Part shown: piece by piece, positions 19,265 to 30,207 of the stretch
How positions within the stretch are numbered: the first letter of the stretch is position 1
How the letters are laid out: every line of letters begins with the position of its first letter
Source: an uncultured Gemmatimonadales bacterium
GTDB lineage: Bacteria > Gemmatimonadota > Gemmatimonadetes > Longimicrobiales > RSA9
DNA length: 64,000 bases
NCBI GenBank assembly: GCA_963798085.1
Contig: CAWCRS010000009.1
Span: 64,001-128,000 of the forward strand
Direction of reading: 5' to 3'
Notes under the pieces: model-generated
Seen by the model: the letters and a program-made list of their open reading frames with translations, nothing else
The model's database searches: none
What the model was told of the DNA's origin: nothing
Position numbers and translations under genes: made by a program

Positions 19265-20599
19265 CTACACAATGCCGTAGGCCAGCATGGCCTCCGCGAC
19301 CTTGACGAAGCCCGCAATGTTGGCGCCGGCGACGTAATTCACCCAGCCGTTCTGCGTGCCGTGCGCAACACACTGTTCGTGGATCTTGTGCATGATGTCC
19401 TGCAGGCGGTGGTCCACGTCCTCGCGGGTCCATGACTGGCGCATCGAGTTCTGCGCCATTTCCAGGCCGGAAATGGCGACGCCGCCGGCATTGGCGGCCT
19501 TGCCCGGGCCGTAGAGGATGTGTGCATCCTCGAACAGGTGCGCTGCTTCCGTAGTAGCAGGCATGTTAGCACCCTCGGCCACGAGCTGGCAGCCATTGGC
19601 GAGCAGCGTACGAGCATCGTCGCCATCGATCTCGTTCTGGGTCGCACAGGGAAACGCGGCCTGACAGGGCACGCTCCAGGGCTTCTGGCTCCTGCGGAAG
19701 TCGACGCCGCCCCATTTGCCGAGGGCATCGAGATTGCCGCCGCGATGCGTCTTGAGGTCGATGATGTCGTCCAGCTGACCGCGCGTCAGGCCATCCTTGA
19801 AGTGCAGGAAACCACCGCGGTCCGACATGGTGAGCACGCGCGCGTCCAGGTCGAGCAGTTTTTCCGCGGCGTACTGCGCGACGTTGCCGGAGCCGGAGAC
19901 CACGCAGGGCATGCCGGCAAGGTCCTGCTTGCGCGCTCCCAGCATCTCGCGGGCGAAATAGACACAACCGTAACCGGTCGCTTCCGTGCGGATGAGACTG
20001 CCGCCGAAGGCGACGGACTTGCCGGTCAGCGCGCCCGTGAACTGATTCTCCAGTCGCTTGTACTGACCGAACAGGTAGCCGATCTCGCGCCCGCCTACGC
20101 CAATGTCACCCGCCGGCACGTCCACGTCCGGGCCGATGTGCCGGTGCAGCTCGGTCATGAACGCCTGGCAGAAACGCATGGTCTCGTGCTCGGACTTGCC
20201 CTTGGGATGGAAGTCGCTGCCGCCCTTTGCGCCCCCCATGGGCAGCGTGGTCAGGCTGTTCTTGAACACCTGCTCGAACGCGAGAAACTTGAGCACACCG
20301 AGCGTCACGGAATCATCGAAGCGCAGTCCACCCTTGTACGGTCCGATGGCATTGCTCTGCTGCACGCGGAAGCCGCGGTTCACGCGCACCTGCCCCGCGT
20401 CATCCTCCCAGGTCACACGGAAGATGAGGATCCGGTCGGGCTCACAGAGCCTTTCCAGGATTCTGTTTTCCTCGTACTGGGGGTTTTCATTGATGAAAGG
20501 GACCAGCTTGGCGGCGACATCGTGGACGGCCTGGTGGAACTCGTTCTGTCCCGGATTTCGGTCCACCACCCATTTCATGAACGTGTCGAGTTCGATCAT
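19265..20599 (-). CDS. gdhA: NADP-specific glutamate dehydrogenase
   Basis: EFHQAV, GPYKGGLRF, MGGAKGGSDF, PAGDIGVG, RTEATGYG, SGSGNVAQY, KAANAGGVA. Confidence 0.96.
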   Translation of the reverse strand: MIELDTFMKWVVDRNPGQNEFHQAVHDVAAKLVPFINENPQYEENRILERLCEPDRILIFRVTWEDDAGQVRVNRGFRVQQSNAIGPYKGGLRFDDSVTLGVLKFLAFEQVFKNSLTTLPMGGAKGGSDFHPKGKSEHETMRFCQAFMTELHRHIGPDVDVPAGDIGVGGREIGYLFGQYKRLENQFTGALTGKSVAFGGSLIRTEATGYGCVYFAREMLGARKQDLAGMPCVVSGSGNVAQYAAEKLLDLDARVLTMSDRGGFLHFKDGLTRGQLDDIIDLKTHRGGNLDALGKWGGVDFRRSQKPWSVPCQAAFPCATQNEIDGDDARTLLANGCQLVAEGANMPATTEAAHLFEDAHILYGPGKAANAGGVAISGLEMAQNSMRQSWTREDVDHRLQDIMHKIHEQCVAHGTQNGWVNYVAGANIAGFVKVAEAMLAYGIV

Positions 20600-20749
20600 A
20601 ACGCGCCATCTGCGGGGAATCCCTGACAGCAGCTGCTGGCCGGACAGGATGAGCCTTCGCTCGCGCCACGGCAATGGTACGATCCACTGGACAGGCGTCG
20701 GGATTCGCCCGATGTTCGGGACGTAATGAGCGGTTTTCCTTCCGGGACG

Positions 20750-23700
20750 ATGCTTTCCCCGCTGCTCGAAGCACTGGCGCGCGAGGCTGCGCAGCCCATC
20801 GGACGCAAAGTCCTCGTGGGCCCTCGCCGCGGTGTGTGCCGCGAGCTGCTGCGCCAGCTCGCTCTGGCCACGGGCGGCTGGGTGGGCTTCGAGCCCGCCA
20901 CGCCGCGCGACATCGCGGGCGAGCTGGTGGCGCACGAGCTGACCCGCCAGGGTCTGCGCGTCGCCGACGAGTTCGACGAGCTGGCGCTGATCGACACGGC
21001 CATCGATGAGGCGATGGCTGAACGCGGCGGCGAGGTGCTGCGCCGCTTCGTCGAAGGGGCGGGCCTGCGCGAAGCCATGGCCGCGTCCATGCGCGCGCTG
21101 CGTCTGGCTGGCGTGGATGCGCCCGTGCTGCTGCGCGCCGGTTTCCGCGACCGCGACAAGCGCGCGGCTCTGAGCCGCGTGCTCGATCGCTACGAGCGGC
21201 TGCTGCGGCGCGAGCGCACGACCGACAATGCGGGTGTGCTGCGCCTCGCGGTCAGTGCCATCGAGGCGGGCGCGGTCACGCTGCCTGAAGTGCGTTACAG
21301 CATCCTCCCGGGACAGACCCGGCGAGGGCTGACCGGTCGCCTGCTGGAGCTGCTGCTCGAGCGCGGCGCCATGCTGCTGCACGACGATGCGGTGCACGGT
21401 CTCGAGCCACCACCGGCATTGCTCGCTGCCGGCGCTGCCACCGCGTCGAGTCCGCTCTCCTGGCTGCACGCAGTCGAAGCCGCGCCCGCCGAGCCCGAAG
21501 TGCCCGTGCGGCTCGAGCTCTTCGCGGCCGGCTCCGTGAACGATGAAGTCCGTGAGGTGCTGCGTCGTGTCGTCGGTCTCGGGTTGAGCTGGGACGAGGC
21601 GGAGATCGTCGCGAGTGATCCGATGACGTACGGCGCGGCACTCGATGCGCTCGCGCGGCGGCTGGAAATCCCGGTGAGCTACGCGGCGGGTCTGCCCATT
21701 GGCCGGACGCGCACGGGTCGCGCGCTGGATGCGTACCTGCGGTGGGTACGCGACGATTTTCCGGAAGCTCTGCTGCGCACGCTGATCGCGCGCGGCGATG
21801 TCAGGGCGCCCGGCGGCAGCAGTGGCGCACTGCTGGCGAGGCGGCTGCAGCGCATGCTGATCGGCCGGGGCCGCGAGCGCTACCTGTCGGCGCTGGCGCG
21901 GGCGGAACGCCGCGCCGGCCTGCACGTGCTGCCCGATGTCGAGCGCACGCCGGAGGAGGCGGCCAGCGTACGCGCGCAGGAACAGCTGGCGCTGGCCGAC
22001 CTGGGTGCCATCCTGCGCACGCTGTTCGCGGCGCTGCCGCCGGCGGCAGCGGGCCCGTCTAACACGCCTGTTATGGCGCCATCCGCCCTGGCGCGCGGCG
22101 CGCTGGCGTTTCTCGCGCTGGTGCCGGCCGAGACCGGCGTGGAAGCAACGGCGCGCGAGCGCCTGACCCGGCGTCTCACCCGGCTGGCGGACACGGCGCA
22201 CCGCGCCACCACGCTGGAGGGCGCCATTGCCGTCATTGTCGCCAAGCTGGATGCACGCGTGCCGGCGCCCGCCGCGCAGGGCGCATCGCCCTGGACCTCG
22301 ACGGGTGGCCGGCTGCACCTCTCGGACATCGACCACGGCGGCTGTACGGGCCGCGCGGCCACGTTCGTCGTGGGCCTGGACGCGTTGCGCTTCCCGGGCA
22401 CGTCCACACACGACACGCTGCTCAACGACGAGGACCGCCGCCGTCTGGCGGAGCACCTGCCGTTCGCGCCCGTGCCCACGACCGGCGAGCGCGCCACGGA
22501 GCGCCGCCACGGCCTGGCGCGGCTGCTGGCCCGGCTGCGCGGCCGTGTAACACTGAGTTATGCGGCCTGGGAAGCGACCGAGGCGAGGACCGTGGCGCCC
22601 TCGCCCGAGCTGCTGCAGGCACTGCGACTGCAGCTGCGCGATCCGGCTGCGGACTACGAGAAACTGCACACCACGCTGGGTCGCTACGCCTCCGCGATTC
22701 CGCGGGGCGAGGGTCGCCTGGACGAGGCCGATGTGTGGCTGGGCAACCTGGAGCGCGGCGGCCTGCTGGTGGCGGGCACGGACATCGTCCGCCTCGCCTA
22801 CCCCGGCCTGGACCGCGGGCTCACCGCACGCGATGCGCGCGCGGCCGGCGAATTCACCGCGTGGCACGGCCGCATCACGCCTCGGCCGCAACTCGATCCG
22901 AGGGCGCACCCCGAGCTGGTCGTTTCCGCGCACCAACTGGAAACACTGGGGACCTGTCCGCACCGCTACTTGCTGGAGTACGTGCTGCGCGCAGCGCCGC
23001 CTCAGGAAGCGGATTTCATGCCGGACCGCTGGCTGACAGCAGCTTATCGCGGAAGACTGCTGCACGCGGTCTATCGCCTGGTGCTGCAGCGGGCGCGTGC
23101 ACGGCAGTGCGCACCGGAAGATGCCGCGTTCGAGACGCTCGCGCTGCTGGCGCTTGAGGAAGTCGTGGCCGAAGCCCGCGAGGACCGGCTGCCGCCGGGT
23201 GAGGCCGTTTTCGAGATGGAACTCGAAGAGCTGCGCCAGGAGATGCGCCTGTTCGTGCAGATGACGCGGGAACACGGTGCGCCCTGGGTAGAGCTGGAGA
23301 TGAACTTTGGCCGGGCGAAGCAGCCAGCGGTCAATGTCGAGTTGATGAACCAGAGCATTAGCGTGACCGGAAGGGTCGACCGCATTGATCGCGAGGCCGA
23401 CGGCCGGCTCGTGGTCATCGACTACAAGACCGGCAGTCCTGATGGCTTCGGCGGTCCCGACACCGTGTTCCAGGGCGGACGCCGCCTGCAGCACGCGCTC
23501 TACATGGCTGTGGCTCGCCGTGTGTTAGGCGCTGACGTAGCGCGCTCGGAGTACCATTTCCCCACCAACCGCGGCGAGATCCAGCGACTGGCCTACGAGG
23601 AAAAGCAGTTGCGCCGGGGACGCATTGTGGTCACGGCACTCCTCGACATGGTGCGTGCCGGCCACTTCTTTCCCACCGACGAACCGGAGGACTGCCGCTA

Positions 23701-23836
23701 CTGCGCGTTCGCCCCGGTGTGCCGCGTGCGCCAGGGTTCGCGCATCGATTCGCCCATGGCGGAGTGGTCGCAGCGCTGGCGGGCGTGGCTGCCCGAGCTG
23801 TACGCGTTGCGTCAGCTGCGGGAGAAGGCGCCATGA
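20750..23836 (+). CDS. addB: AddB-like PD-(D/E)xK nuclease subunit
   Basis: C-terminal CPHRY, GRVDRID, IDYKTG, LQHALY, CRYCAFAPVC (Fe-S staple); 4-nt overlap with the next gene. Confidence 0.85.
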   Translation: MLSPLLEALAREAAQPIGRKVLVGPRRGVCRELLRQLALATGGWVGFEPATPRDIAGELVAHELTRQGLRVADEFDELALIDTAIDEAMAERGGEVLRRFVEGAGLREAMAASMRALRLAGVDAPVLLRAGFRDRDKRAALSRVLDRYERLLRRERTTDNAGVLRLAVSAIEAGAVTLPEVRYSILPGQTRRGLTGRLLELLLERGAMLLHDDAVHGLEPPPALLAAGAATASSPLSWLHAVEAAPAEPEVPVRLELFAAGSVNDEVREVLRRVVGLGLSWDEAEIVASDPMTYGAALDALARRLEIPVSYAAGLPIGRTRTGRALDAYLRWVRDDFPEALLRTLIARGDVRAPGGSSGALLARRLQRMLIGRGRERYLSALARAERRAGLHVLPDVERTPEEAASVRAQEQLALADLGAILRTLFAALPPAAAGPSNTPVMAPSALARGALAFLALVPAETGVEATARERLTRRLTRLADTAHRATTLEGAIAVIVAKLDARVPAPAAQGASPWTSTGGRLHLSDIDHGGCTGRAATFVVGLDALRFPGTSTHDTLLNDEDRRRLAEHLPFAPVPTTGERATERRHGLARLLARLRGRVTLSYAAWEATEARTVAPSPELLQALRLQLRDPAADYEKLHTTLGRYASAIPRGEGRLDEADVWLGNLERGGLLVAGTDIVRLAYPGLDRGLTARDARAAGEFTAWHGRITPRPQLDPRAHPELVVSAHQLETLGTCPHRYLLEYVLRAAPPQEADFMPDRWLTAAYRGRLLHAVYRLVLQRARARQCAPEDAAFETLALLALEEVVAEAREDRLPPGEAVFEMELEELRQEMRLFVQMTREHGAPWVELEMNFGRAKQPAVNVELMNQSISVTGRVDRIDREADGRLVVIDYKTGSPDGFGGPDTVFQGGRRLQHALYMAVARRVLGADVARSEYHFPTNRGEIQRLAYEEKQLRRGRIVVTALLDMVRAGHFFPTDEPEDCRYCAFAPVCRVRQGSRIDSPMAEWSQRWRAWLPELYALRQLREKAP

Positions 23837-26800
23837 GCGGGCCGCCCGATAACACGCAATTCGACCTGTTCCGGGGCGTGCTGCGTGCCCCGGAGCCGGC
23901 AACGGCGCAGGCGACGGCGCCCGTCCCGTCACCGGCGGGGGCTGAAGCGGAGCGTCTGCTGCCGGATGCGGCGGAACGCCGGCGCATCGCGCAGGACCTG
24001 CGCGCCAACCTGCTGGTGGAGGCGGGCGCCGGCGCCGGCAAGACCACGCAGATGGTGGAGCGCATGGTGGCACTCGTGCGCTCGGGCGTACGCGTCGACC
24101 GTATCGCCGCAGTCACCTTCACGCGCAAGGCGGCCGCGGAGCTGCGCGAGCGCTTCCAGACCGGGCTGGAGATGGCGCTGCGCGCCGCGCATCCGACTAA
24201 CGCGCCATTGGCAGTTGCCTTACACGCTCGAGCCACCGCGGGTGCGGGCGGGGCGGACGGGCCGGTGCGTGACGTCGCTGGAGAGGGCGAGGAAGGCGCT
24301 CCGGTGCGTGACGCGACCGACGTCGCGTACACGCTGGACAGAGCCTTGCGCGAAATCGATCGCGCATTCATTGGCACGATTCACTCCTTCTGCGCCCGGC
24401 TGCTGCGCGAGCGGCCGCTGGAGGCGGGGGTCGATCCTGATTTCCGCGAGACGTTCACCGTCGAGCAGGAGCGGTTGAAACACGAGTATTTCGCCACGCA
24501 CGTGGAACGGCTGGCCGCGGCAGGCGACGAACTGCTCGCCGATCTGGCGCGCGTGGGACTGCGGCCGGATCAGCTGCGCAAGCTGTTCGACCAGCTCACC
24601 GAGCACGCGGACGTGACGTTCGCCGCGCCGGAAGCGCCGCGACCGGATCCGGCGGCAGCGCGTCGCCTGCTCTCCGAGTTGCTCGATGAAGCCCTGACAC
24701 TGCTGCCTGACAGACAGCCCGAGCGCGGCTGGGATGAACTGCAGTCCACGATCCGCAGGCTGCGCTTCTATCGCAATGTCGTGGGCTGGAACGACGACGT
24801 GCGCTTCCTGCACGGGCTGGCGGAGACGCTGGCGTCAGCGCCGCGGCCCGTGTTCCGGCGCTGGGGTGCGCAGTCCCAGCGTGATGTGCGGCGGGTGTCA
24901 CAGCAGCTGCGCGACTACGCGGGGCCGCAGGGCGAGGGCGGTCGTGTGCTGCGCCAGTGGTGGGCGCACCGCTATCCCATCGCACTCCGGTTCGCGCGCG
25001 GCGCGGCGCAGGCGTTCGAGCATGAGCGCCTGCGAACTGGCGCGTTAGCGTTCCAGGATCTGCTGCTGAGCACACGCAAACTGCTGCGTGACAGCCCCAA
25101 TGCACGCATCGAGCTGGGCGAGCGCTACCGGCACGTGCTGGTGGATGAGTTCCAGGACACGGACCCGGTGCAGGCCGAGGTGCTCTTCCTGCTGGCTTCG
25201 CCGCCGGACAGCGGTCCGGCCGGTGACTGGCGCCTGGCCGTGCCGCGCGAGGGCGCGCTCTTCGTGGTGGGCGATCCCAAACAGAGCATTTACAGGTTCC
25301 GCCGCGCCGACATCACGACGTACAACCAGGTGAAGCGACGTTTCCAGGAGTTCGGCGGCGTGGTGAAGCTGACGGCGAATTTCCGCTCGCGGCCCGCCAT
25401 CGAGAAACTGGTGGACAGCGTGTTCCGGCAGCGCTTCCCGGCCGAGGCGACGGCGGAGCAGGCCGCGTTCGCGCCACTGCAGGTGCAGAAGCGCGAGCAG
25501 CCCGGTCGCGTGTTTTCCTATCGCCTGGTCAAGACGTCGGACCGGCCTCGCCAGGACGAGCTGGCGGCACAGGATGCGGCGCGCGTGGGCAGCTGGATCG
25601 AAACGCGCATCCGCTCGGGCGAGCGACGGCCCGGCGATTTCCTCGTGCTGACGCGCCTCAAGAAACACCTCATTGCGTACGCGCGCGAAATCGAGGCGAG
25701 GAACCTTCCCGTGCAGGTGACGGGTGGCGGCGTGGGCATCGAGGAGGAAGTCGCCGAGCTGCGCATGCTGCTTTCGGCGCTGGCGGATCCGGGCAATCCC
25801 ATGCGCCTGGTGGCGGTGCTCACGGGGCTCTTCTTCGGTCTCGACTTCGAACAGCTCGCGGCGCACGTGCTGGACCGCGCGGGCCGGCTCGATTTCACGG
25901 ACCTGCCGTCCTCGCCCGCAACCGAAGTCGAGCACGCGCTCGCCGCGCTGCATGCGTACTGGCGGCTGGCGAAGGAAGAGCCTGCCGACATCGTGGTCGC
26001 GACCATCGTGTACGAAATGGGACTCCTGCCGTACGCCGCGGCCGGCGAGCTGGGCGAGAGCCGCGCGGGCGCACTGCTCTTCGTGCTGGAAGCGGTGCGC
26101 GTGGCCGCGCTGGGTGGCGACGCTTCGCTCGAGGGCGCAATCATTGCCATTGATGCGGCGCTGGATGCGCGCGAAGCAGAAGCGCCGCTCGAGCCGGGCC
26201 GCGACGACGTGATTCGCGTGATGAACCTGCACCAGGCGAAGGGACTCGAGAGTGACATCGTGCTGCTGGTCTCGCCGTTCGGCGAGCGCGAGCCGGTGCC
26301 CGCACTGCACGTGCGCCGCCAGGAGTCCGGCAGTGCCGAGGGCTGGATCCTCGTGACGGAAAGCCGCCGGCGCTGGAACGACACCGTGCTGGCGAGACCC
26401 GCGGACTGGGACGAGCACGAGAGTGCGGAACTCGCGTTCGGGCGGGCGGAGGCGGATCGCCTGCTCTACGTCGCGGCGACGCGCGCGCGCGAAGAACTGG
26501 GTGTGGCGCGCTACGACGAGCCCGTACAATCGCCCTGGTCCCTCTTCTACGGGTTCCTGGACACGGAGTTCGAACAGCTCGACTTCACCATCGAGCCGCA
26601 GCCGCCGCGTGCCCGCCTCGAAGCGAGCGCGGAAGACGTGACGTCGCAGGTCGCACGCACTGATGAACGACGCAAGGCGCTCGCCACCCCCGGCTACCGC
26701 GCGGCGGCAGTGCGCACGCGCGTGAAGGGTGATGCCGCGGCTGCGCCGGAGGCGATTGTACTGCGGCCCATCAATGCGGATGACGACGGCATGGCGTGGG

Positions 26801-27324
26801 GCAAGCTCGTGCACGGCGCCCTGGAAGCGGCGGGTCGCGGGCGCACGGACAGCGAACTGCGGGATGCGTGTCGCGCGCTGCTGCTGGCCAGCGAGGACCG
26901 TCCCGTGGACGCCCACGGCGAGCCGCTCGAACTGGATCCGCTGCTCAATGTCGTCGCATCGGTCACGCGCTCAGCCGTGTGGCAACGCGCGCGCGCGGCC
27001 GCACGCATGCTCGTCGAAGTGCCATTCGCGCTGGCCTTGCCGGCACAGGAATACGCGGACGCATTCGTGCCTGCGGATGCGGCCGGCAAGGCGCCCACCG
27101 AAGTCATCGACGGCGTGATCGATCTGATCTTCCGCGAGGACGGTGGCTGGATCGTCGTCGACTACAAGTCCGACCGCGCGGGCGGCAACGTCGATGCAAC
27201 AACGAAGGCGCAGTACCGCAGCCAGGTCGATCTCTATGGCCGCTGCTGGGCGCGGCTCACGGGCGAACCCGTCGCGCAATGCATGATCCTGTTCACCGCC
27301 GATGGCAGCACGTTATCGTGGTGA
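23833..27324 (+). CDS. addA: AddA-like UvrD-family helicase-nuclease
   Basis: AGAGAGKT, TFTRKAAAEL, DEFQDT, VGDPKQSIYRFR, HQAKGLE, LLYVAATRA, GVIDL..DYKS. Confidence 0.9.
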   Translation: MSGPPDNTQFDLFRGVLRAPEPATAQATAPVPSPAGAEAERLLPDAAERRRIAQDLRANLLVEAGAGAGKTTQMVERMVALVRSGVRVDRIAAVTFTRKAAAELRERFQTGLEMALRAAHPTNAPLAVALHARATAGAGGADGPVRDVAGEGEEGAPVRDATDVAYTLDRALREIDRAFIGTIHSFCARLLRERPLEAGVDPDFRETFTVEQERLKHEYFATHVERLAAAGDELLADLARVGLRPDQLRKLFDQLTEHADVTFAAPEAPRPDPAAARRLLSELLDEALTLLPDRQPERGWDELQSTIRRLRFYRNVVGWNDDVRFLHGLAETLASAPRPVFRRWGAQSQRDVRRVSQQLRDYAGPQGEGGRVLRQWWAHRYPIALRFARGAAQAFEHERLRTGALAFQDLLLSTRKLLRDSPNARIELGERYRHVLVDEFQDTDPVQAEVLFLLASPPDSGPAGDWRLAVPREGALFVVGDPKQSIYRFRRADITTYNQVKRRFQEFGGVVKLTANFRSRPAIEKLVDSVFRQRFPAEATAEQAAFAPLQVQKREQPGRVFSYRLVKTSDRPRQDELAAQDAARVGSWIETRIRSGERRPGDFLVLTRLKKHLIAYAREIEARNLPVQVTGGGVGIEEEVAELRMLLSALADPGNPMRLVAVLTGLFFGLDFEQLAAHVLDRAGRLDFTDLPSSPATEVEHALAALHAYWRLAKEEPADIVVATIVYEMGLLPYAAAGELGESRAGALLFVLEAVRVAALGGDASLEGAIIAIDAALDAREAEAPLEPGRDDVIRVMNLHQAKGLESDIVLLVSPFGEREPVPALHVRRQESGSAEGWILVTESRRRWNDTVLARPADWDEHESAELAFGRAEADRLLYVAATRAREELGVARYDEPVQSPWSLFYGFLDTEFEQLDFTIEPQPPRARLEASAEDVTSQVARTDERRKALATPGYRAAAVRTRVKGDAAAAPEAIVLRPINADDDGMAWGKLVHGALEAAGRGRTDSELRDACRALLLASEDRPVDAHGEPLELDPLLNVVASVTRSAVWQRARAAARMLVEVPFALALPAQEYADAFVPADAAGKAPTEVIDGVIDLIFREDGGWIVVDYKSDRAGGNVDATTKAQYRSQVDLYGRCWARLTGEPVAQCMILFTADGSTLSW

Positions 27325-27346
27325 CGGACCCGCAATGGTGGAAGCG

Positions 27347-28000
27347 ATGTCGATAGGAAGCACGCTGCGCGCACTCGTGACGATGGGCCAGGGAACCGTG
27401 GTCGGGCTGGATGAGCTGCAGGCGGGGAGTGATCCCATCGCGCTGTTCCACGAATGGTTCGGCGCCGCGCGCGAGAGCGGCATACTGCTGCCCGAAGCCA
27501 TGACGCTGGCCACCGCGACGAAGGAGGGCATGCCTTCCGCCCGCATGGTGCTGCTCAAGAGCGCCGACACGGATGGCTTCGTGTTCTACACCAATTACGA
27601 CAGCCGCAAGGCCGGCGAGCTGGAGGCGAATCCGCAGGCGGCGCTCTGCTTCCACTGGGCCGTGCTGCAGCGCCAGGTACGCGTGGAAGGCGATGTCACG
27701 CGCGTGTCGAGCGAAGAGTCGGAGGCGTATTTCCGCACTCGTGCGCGCGGCAGCCGCATCGGCGCCTGGGCTTCGCAGCAGAGCGCAACACTGGAAGATC
27801 GCGCGCTGCTCGAGGAACGCGTGCGCCGGTACGAACAGCAGTATCCAGGCGACGACGTGCCGCTGCCTCCGTTCTGGGGCGGCTACCGCGTCGCGCCCCG
27901 CCGCATCGAGTTCTGGCAGGGTCGCGTGAGCCGCCTGCACGACCGCCTGCTGTACCTGCGCCAGCCGGACGGCTGGCGCGTGCAGCGCCTCTACCCGTAG
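27347..28000 (+). CDS. pdxH: Pyridoxamine 5'-phosphate oxidase
   Basis: RMVLLK, FYTNYDSRK, GAWASQQS, EFWQGR..RLHDR, RLYP. Confidence 0.96.
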   Translation: MSIGSTLRALVTMGQGTVVGLDELQAGSDPIALFHEWFGAARESGILLPEAMTLATATKEGMPSARMVLLKSADTDGFVFYTNYDSRKAGELEANPQAALCFHWAVLQRQVRVEGDVTRVSSEESEAYFRTRARGSRIGAWASQQSATLEDRALLEERVRRYEQQYPGDDVPLPPFWGGYRVAPRRIEFWQGRVSRLHDRLLYLRQPDGWRVQRLYP

Positions 28001-28072
28001 GCCTCCTCCGCTCTCTTCACCGCGGACGACGCGGAGGCCTCGGGGTGGCGCTGAAGGAACGGCTTTCTTTGC

Positions 28073-28270
28073 AACGGCGACGGATTGCGGACGGATTACG
28101 GGATCACACTACGGCAGCGGGTTGCGGCCACTTTGGCGCGAGGGATCGGCAGCGGATTACAGCAGCGGGGTTGCGGCAACGGGATGCGGCGACGGATCTG
28201 CAGTGGCATAACGGTGCATTAACTCGGGATGCGCGTGGCGGGGCTGGATTGGCGGGGGCGGATCGCTGAT
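28073..28270. repeat. Degenerate short tandem repeats (acggc/gcggatt/gcggg units)
   Basis: aacggcgacggattgcggacggattacgggatc...ggcagcggattacagcagcggggttgcggcaacgggatgcggcgacggatc; lies between convergent genes. Confidence 0.5.
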
Positions 28271-28488
28271 TGACGCAGGTGAATGGGAGCAAGGCGGCAG
28301 ATCGGGCGACGATCCGAAGGCAATGGACGTACGTGGCGCTTGCTGCGTGTGAAAGCGGCAGCGCTTCCGGGACAGAGGCGTGGGTGGTGCGGGGCGTGAC
28401 GCGGAACGACGGTCAGCACGGGCAGCGTCTGGCGCGAGTAGACAACTGCCCGTGCGGAGCGTCACGTCGAGGCGGCGGTTGCGGGGGG

Positions 28489-29376
28489 CTAACTGCCTGT
28501 TCCGGAAACGGCGGCGACCAGACGGTCGAGGGCGCCCGCCATCCAGGCGTTCACGACGTCCCGTGCCGGCGGCTGCCCGGACCAGCAGGCGAGGCGCAGG
28601 GCCAGCATGCGGTGCTGCGGGCCGGCGGAGAATGCCTTCAGCTCGAGTGCACCTTCCAGCTCGTCCCAGGACAGCAGCGACTCGTGGTCGGCCAGCGCCA
28701 GCACGCGGCCGTGCAGTGGCTGTGCCAGCTCGCGCAGCTGGAAGGCGACAGGCTGATCCACCCGGTCCGGTGCAAATGATCCGTTAGTCGATGTCGGTAA
28801 TGTGAGCCAGTCGGCCAGGCGCCGCGGCTCACGGAAGCAGGCCGCCGCCTGTGCCCACTCGAAGCCGGCCGGACGGGCCATGAAGTACACGGTACGCCGC
28901 CGCGCGAAGTGATTCTCGAGGTAGTACCGCAGCTGCGCCAGCGCCAGCTTCCAGCCGGAATCGATCCCCGCCCACTGGCCGTCCCATTCTTCTTCTCCAA
29001 ACCCTGAGTTGGTCATCTCAATGACCGTCTCGCCGGCTTCCGTGCGCACCACGATCTCCTGCGTCATGGGCGGACGGCCGGGGAAGTTGACACGCAGTAC
29101 CAGCCGCTCGCCGGGCACTGATTCGACAACCTCATGGCGCACCTCCATCCCGAAAGCGGGGAAGCGGTGCACGATGGTATCGCCCGGAACTGCCCGGCCT
29201 TCGGCTTCATCGGCGAACCACCCCTGCACGATCTGCGGGTCCGCAAAGGCACGCCACGCCTGGGTGGGTGATGCGTTCGTGCGTATCTCGCGGCGGTCGC
29301 TCCAGGCGGCGGGCGGCGCCTCACCGCTGGGCCGGGACTCGGGCCGCGAATCGGGTTGGGGCGGAGTTGGACTCAC
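28489..29376 (-). CDS. SRPBCC/Aha1-like domain protein
   Basis: ASPTQAWRAFADP..VQGWF...GIDSGWKLALAQLRYYLE. Confidence 0.85.
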   Translation of the reverse strand: MSPTPPQPDSRPESRPSGEAPPAAWSDRREIRTNASPTQAWRAFADPQIVQGWFADEAEGRAVPGDTIVHRFPAFGMEVRHEVVESVPGERLVLRVNFPGRPPMTQEIVVRTEAGETVIEMTNSGFGEEEWDGQWAGIDSGWKLALAQLRYYLENHFARRRTVYFMARPAGFEWAQAAACFREPRRLADWLTLPTSTNGSFAPDRVDQPVAFQLRELAQPLHGRVLALADHESLLSWDELEGALELKAFSAGPQHRMLALRLACWSGQPPARDVVNAWMAGALDRLVAAVSGTGS

Positions 29377-29442
29377 AGTGCCTCTCCTGTTCCTCGGGTT
29401 GCTGCGTTAATCGTGGGTTAATACGGCTCGGAATCGCTGCGT

Positions 29443-30165
29443 TCAGGCGCGATCGCGGCCGGGCCTGGCTGCAGGTGCCCTGGCGCGCGCCGGCCGCCTG
29501 CGTGCGCCCACTGCGCGCGTCATCGCGGGCGCGGGCGCGTCCACAGCGGGAGCGGGCGCGGGATGACAGAAGACGACCAGGCGGTGCGGGCGGCCCGGAC
29601 CGGGCTCGCCGTCCGGCAGCCGCTCGGGACTCGTGTGGTCCCGCACGACACTCGCGATTGCTGTGCTCAACGCCGTGACGAACGCCGCACGTTGTTTCGC
29701 GGACGTGAAGCGGATGTCCGCGGCGAGCGAGAGCGCGGGCAGGGAAAGGCCTTCGCTGGATGCGGCGGCCGCGGCGCGCGCGACCTCGCTCTGCGTGCGC
29801 GCCGCCACCGCGAGCAGGTGGGTGGCCCCGGCCGATTCCAGCGCCGTGGCAGCGGGCCCCGCCGGCCCCAGCACAGCCGCACCCAGCAGGTAACCGCGGG
29901 CACTCGCGACGTAAAGGCGCTCGATCAGATTGCGCTTGCGGCGAGTGCCGGCGCGTCGCAGGAACCCCGCCTTTGCCAGCTCGCGCACATGGTAGTTCAC
30001 ACGCTGCCGCGGCAGCCCGAGCGCATCGGCGATGCCACTCGCCGACATGGGCACCGCGGCGTGCCGCACAATGCTCAGCCGCAGCGGGTGCAGCAGTGTG
30101 GCTGCGCGCGTTGCGTCATCGATCCATTCCAGCTCGGTGGTGCTGGCCGTGGCCACGCTTTTCAT
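29443..30165 (-). CDS. ArsR-like winged-helix transcription regulator
   Basis: LLHPLRLSIV...LGLPRQRVNYHVRELAKAG. Confidence 0.85.
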   Translation of the reverse strand: MKSVATASTTELEWIDDATRAATLLHPLRLSIVRHAAVPMSASGIADALGLPRQRVNYHVRELAKAGFLRRAGTRRKRNLIERLYVASARGYLLGAAVLGPAGPAATALESAGATHLLAVAARTQSEVARAAAAASSEGLSLPALSLAADIRFTSAKQRAAFVTALSTAIASVVRDHTSPERLPDGEPGPGRPHRLVVFCHPAPAPAVDAPAPAMTRAVGARRRPARARAPAARPGRDRA

Positions 30166-30207
30166 GACAGCAATCATTGCACAGAAAGTATTTCCTGTCA
30201 ATAACGA

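Noticed and set aside
19265..23494. 1409-aa ORF that looks like a giant GdhA fusion
   Set aside because: Only 20599-19265 is GdhA; the rest is the stop-free antisense shadow of addB in high-GC DNA.
24185..24320. Intein or insertion in AddA
   Set aside because: Only about 45 aa of low-complexity linker with no Hint motifs.
20750..27324. Novel helicase-nuclease defence system
   Set aside because: Motifs and gene order match ordinary AddAB recombination repair, flanked by housekeeping gdhA and pdxH.
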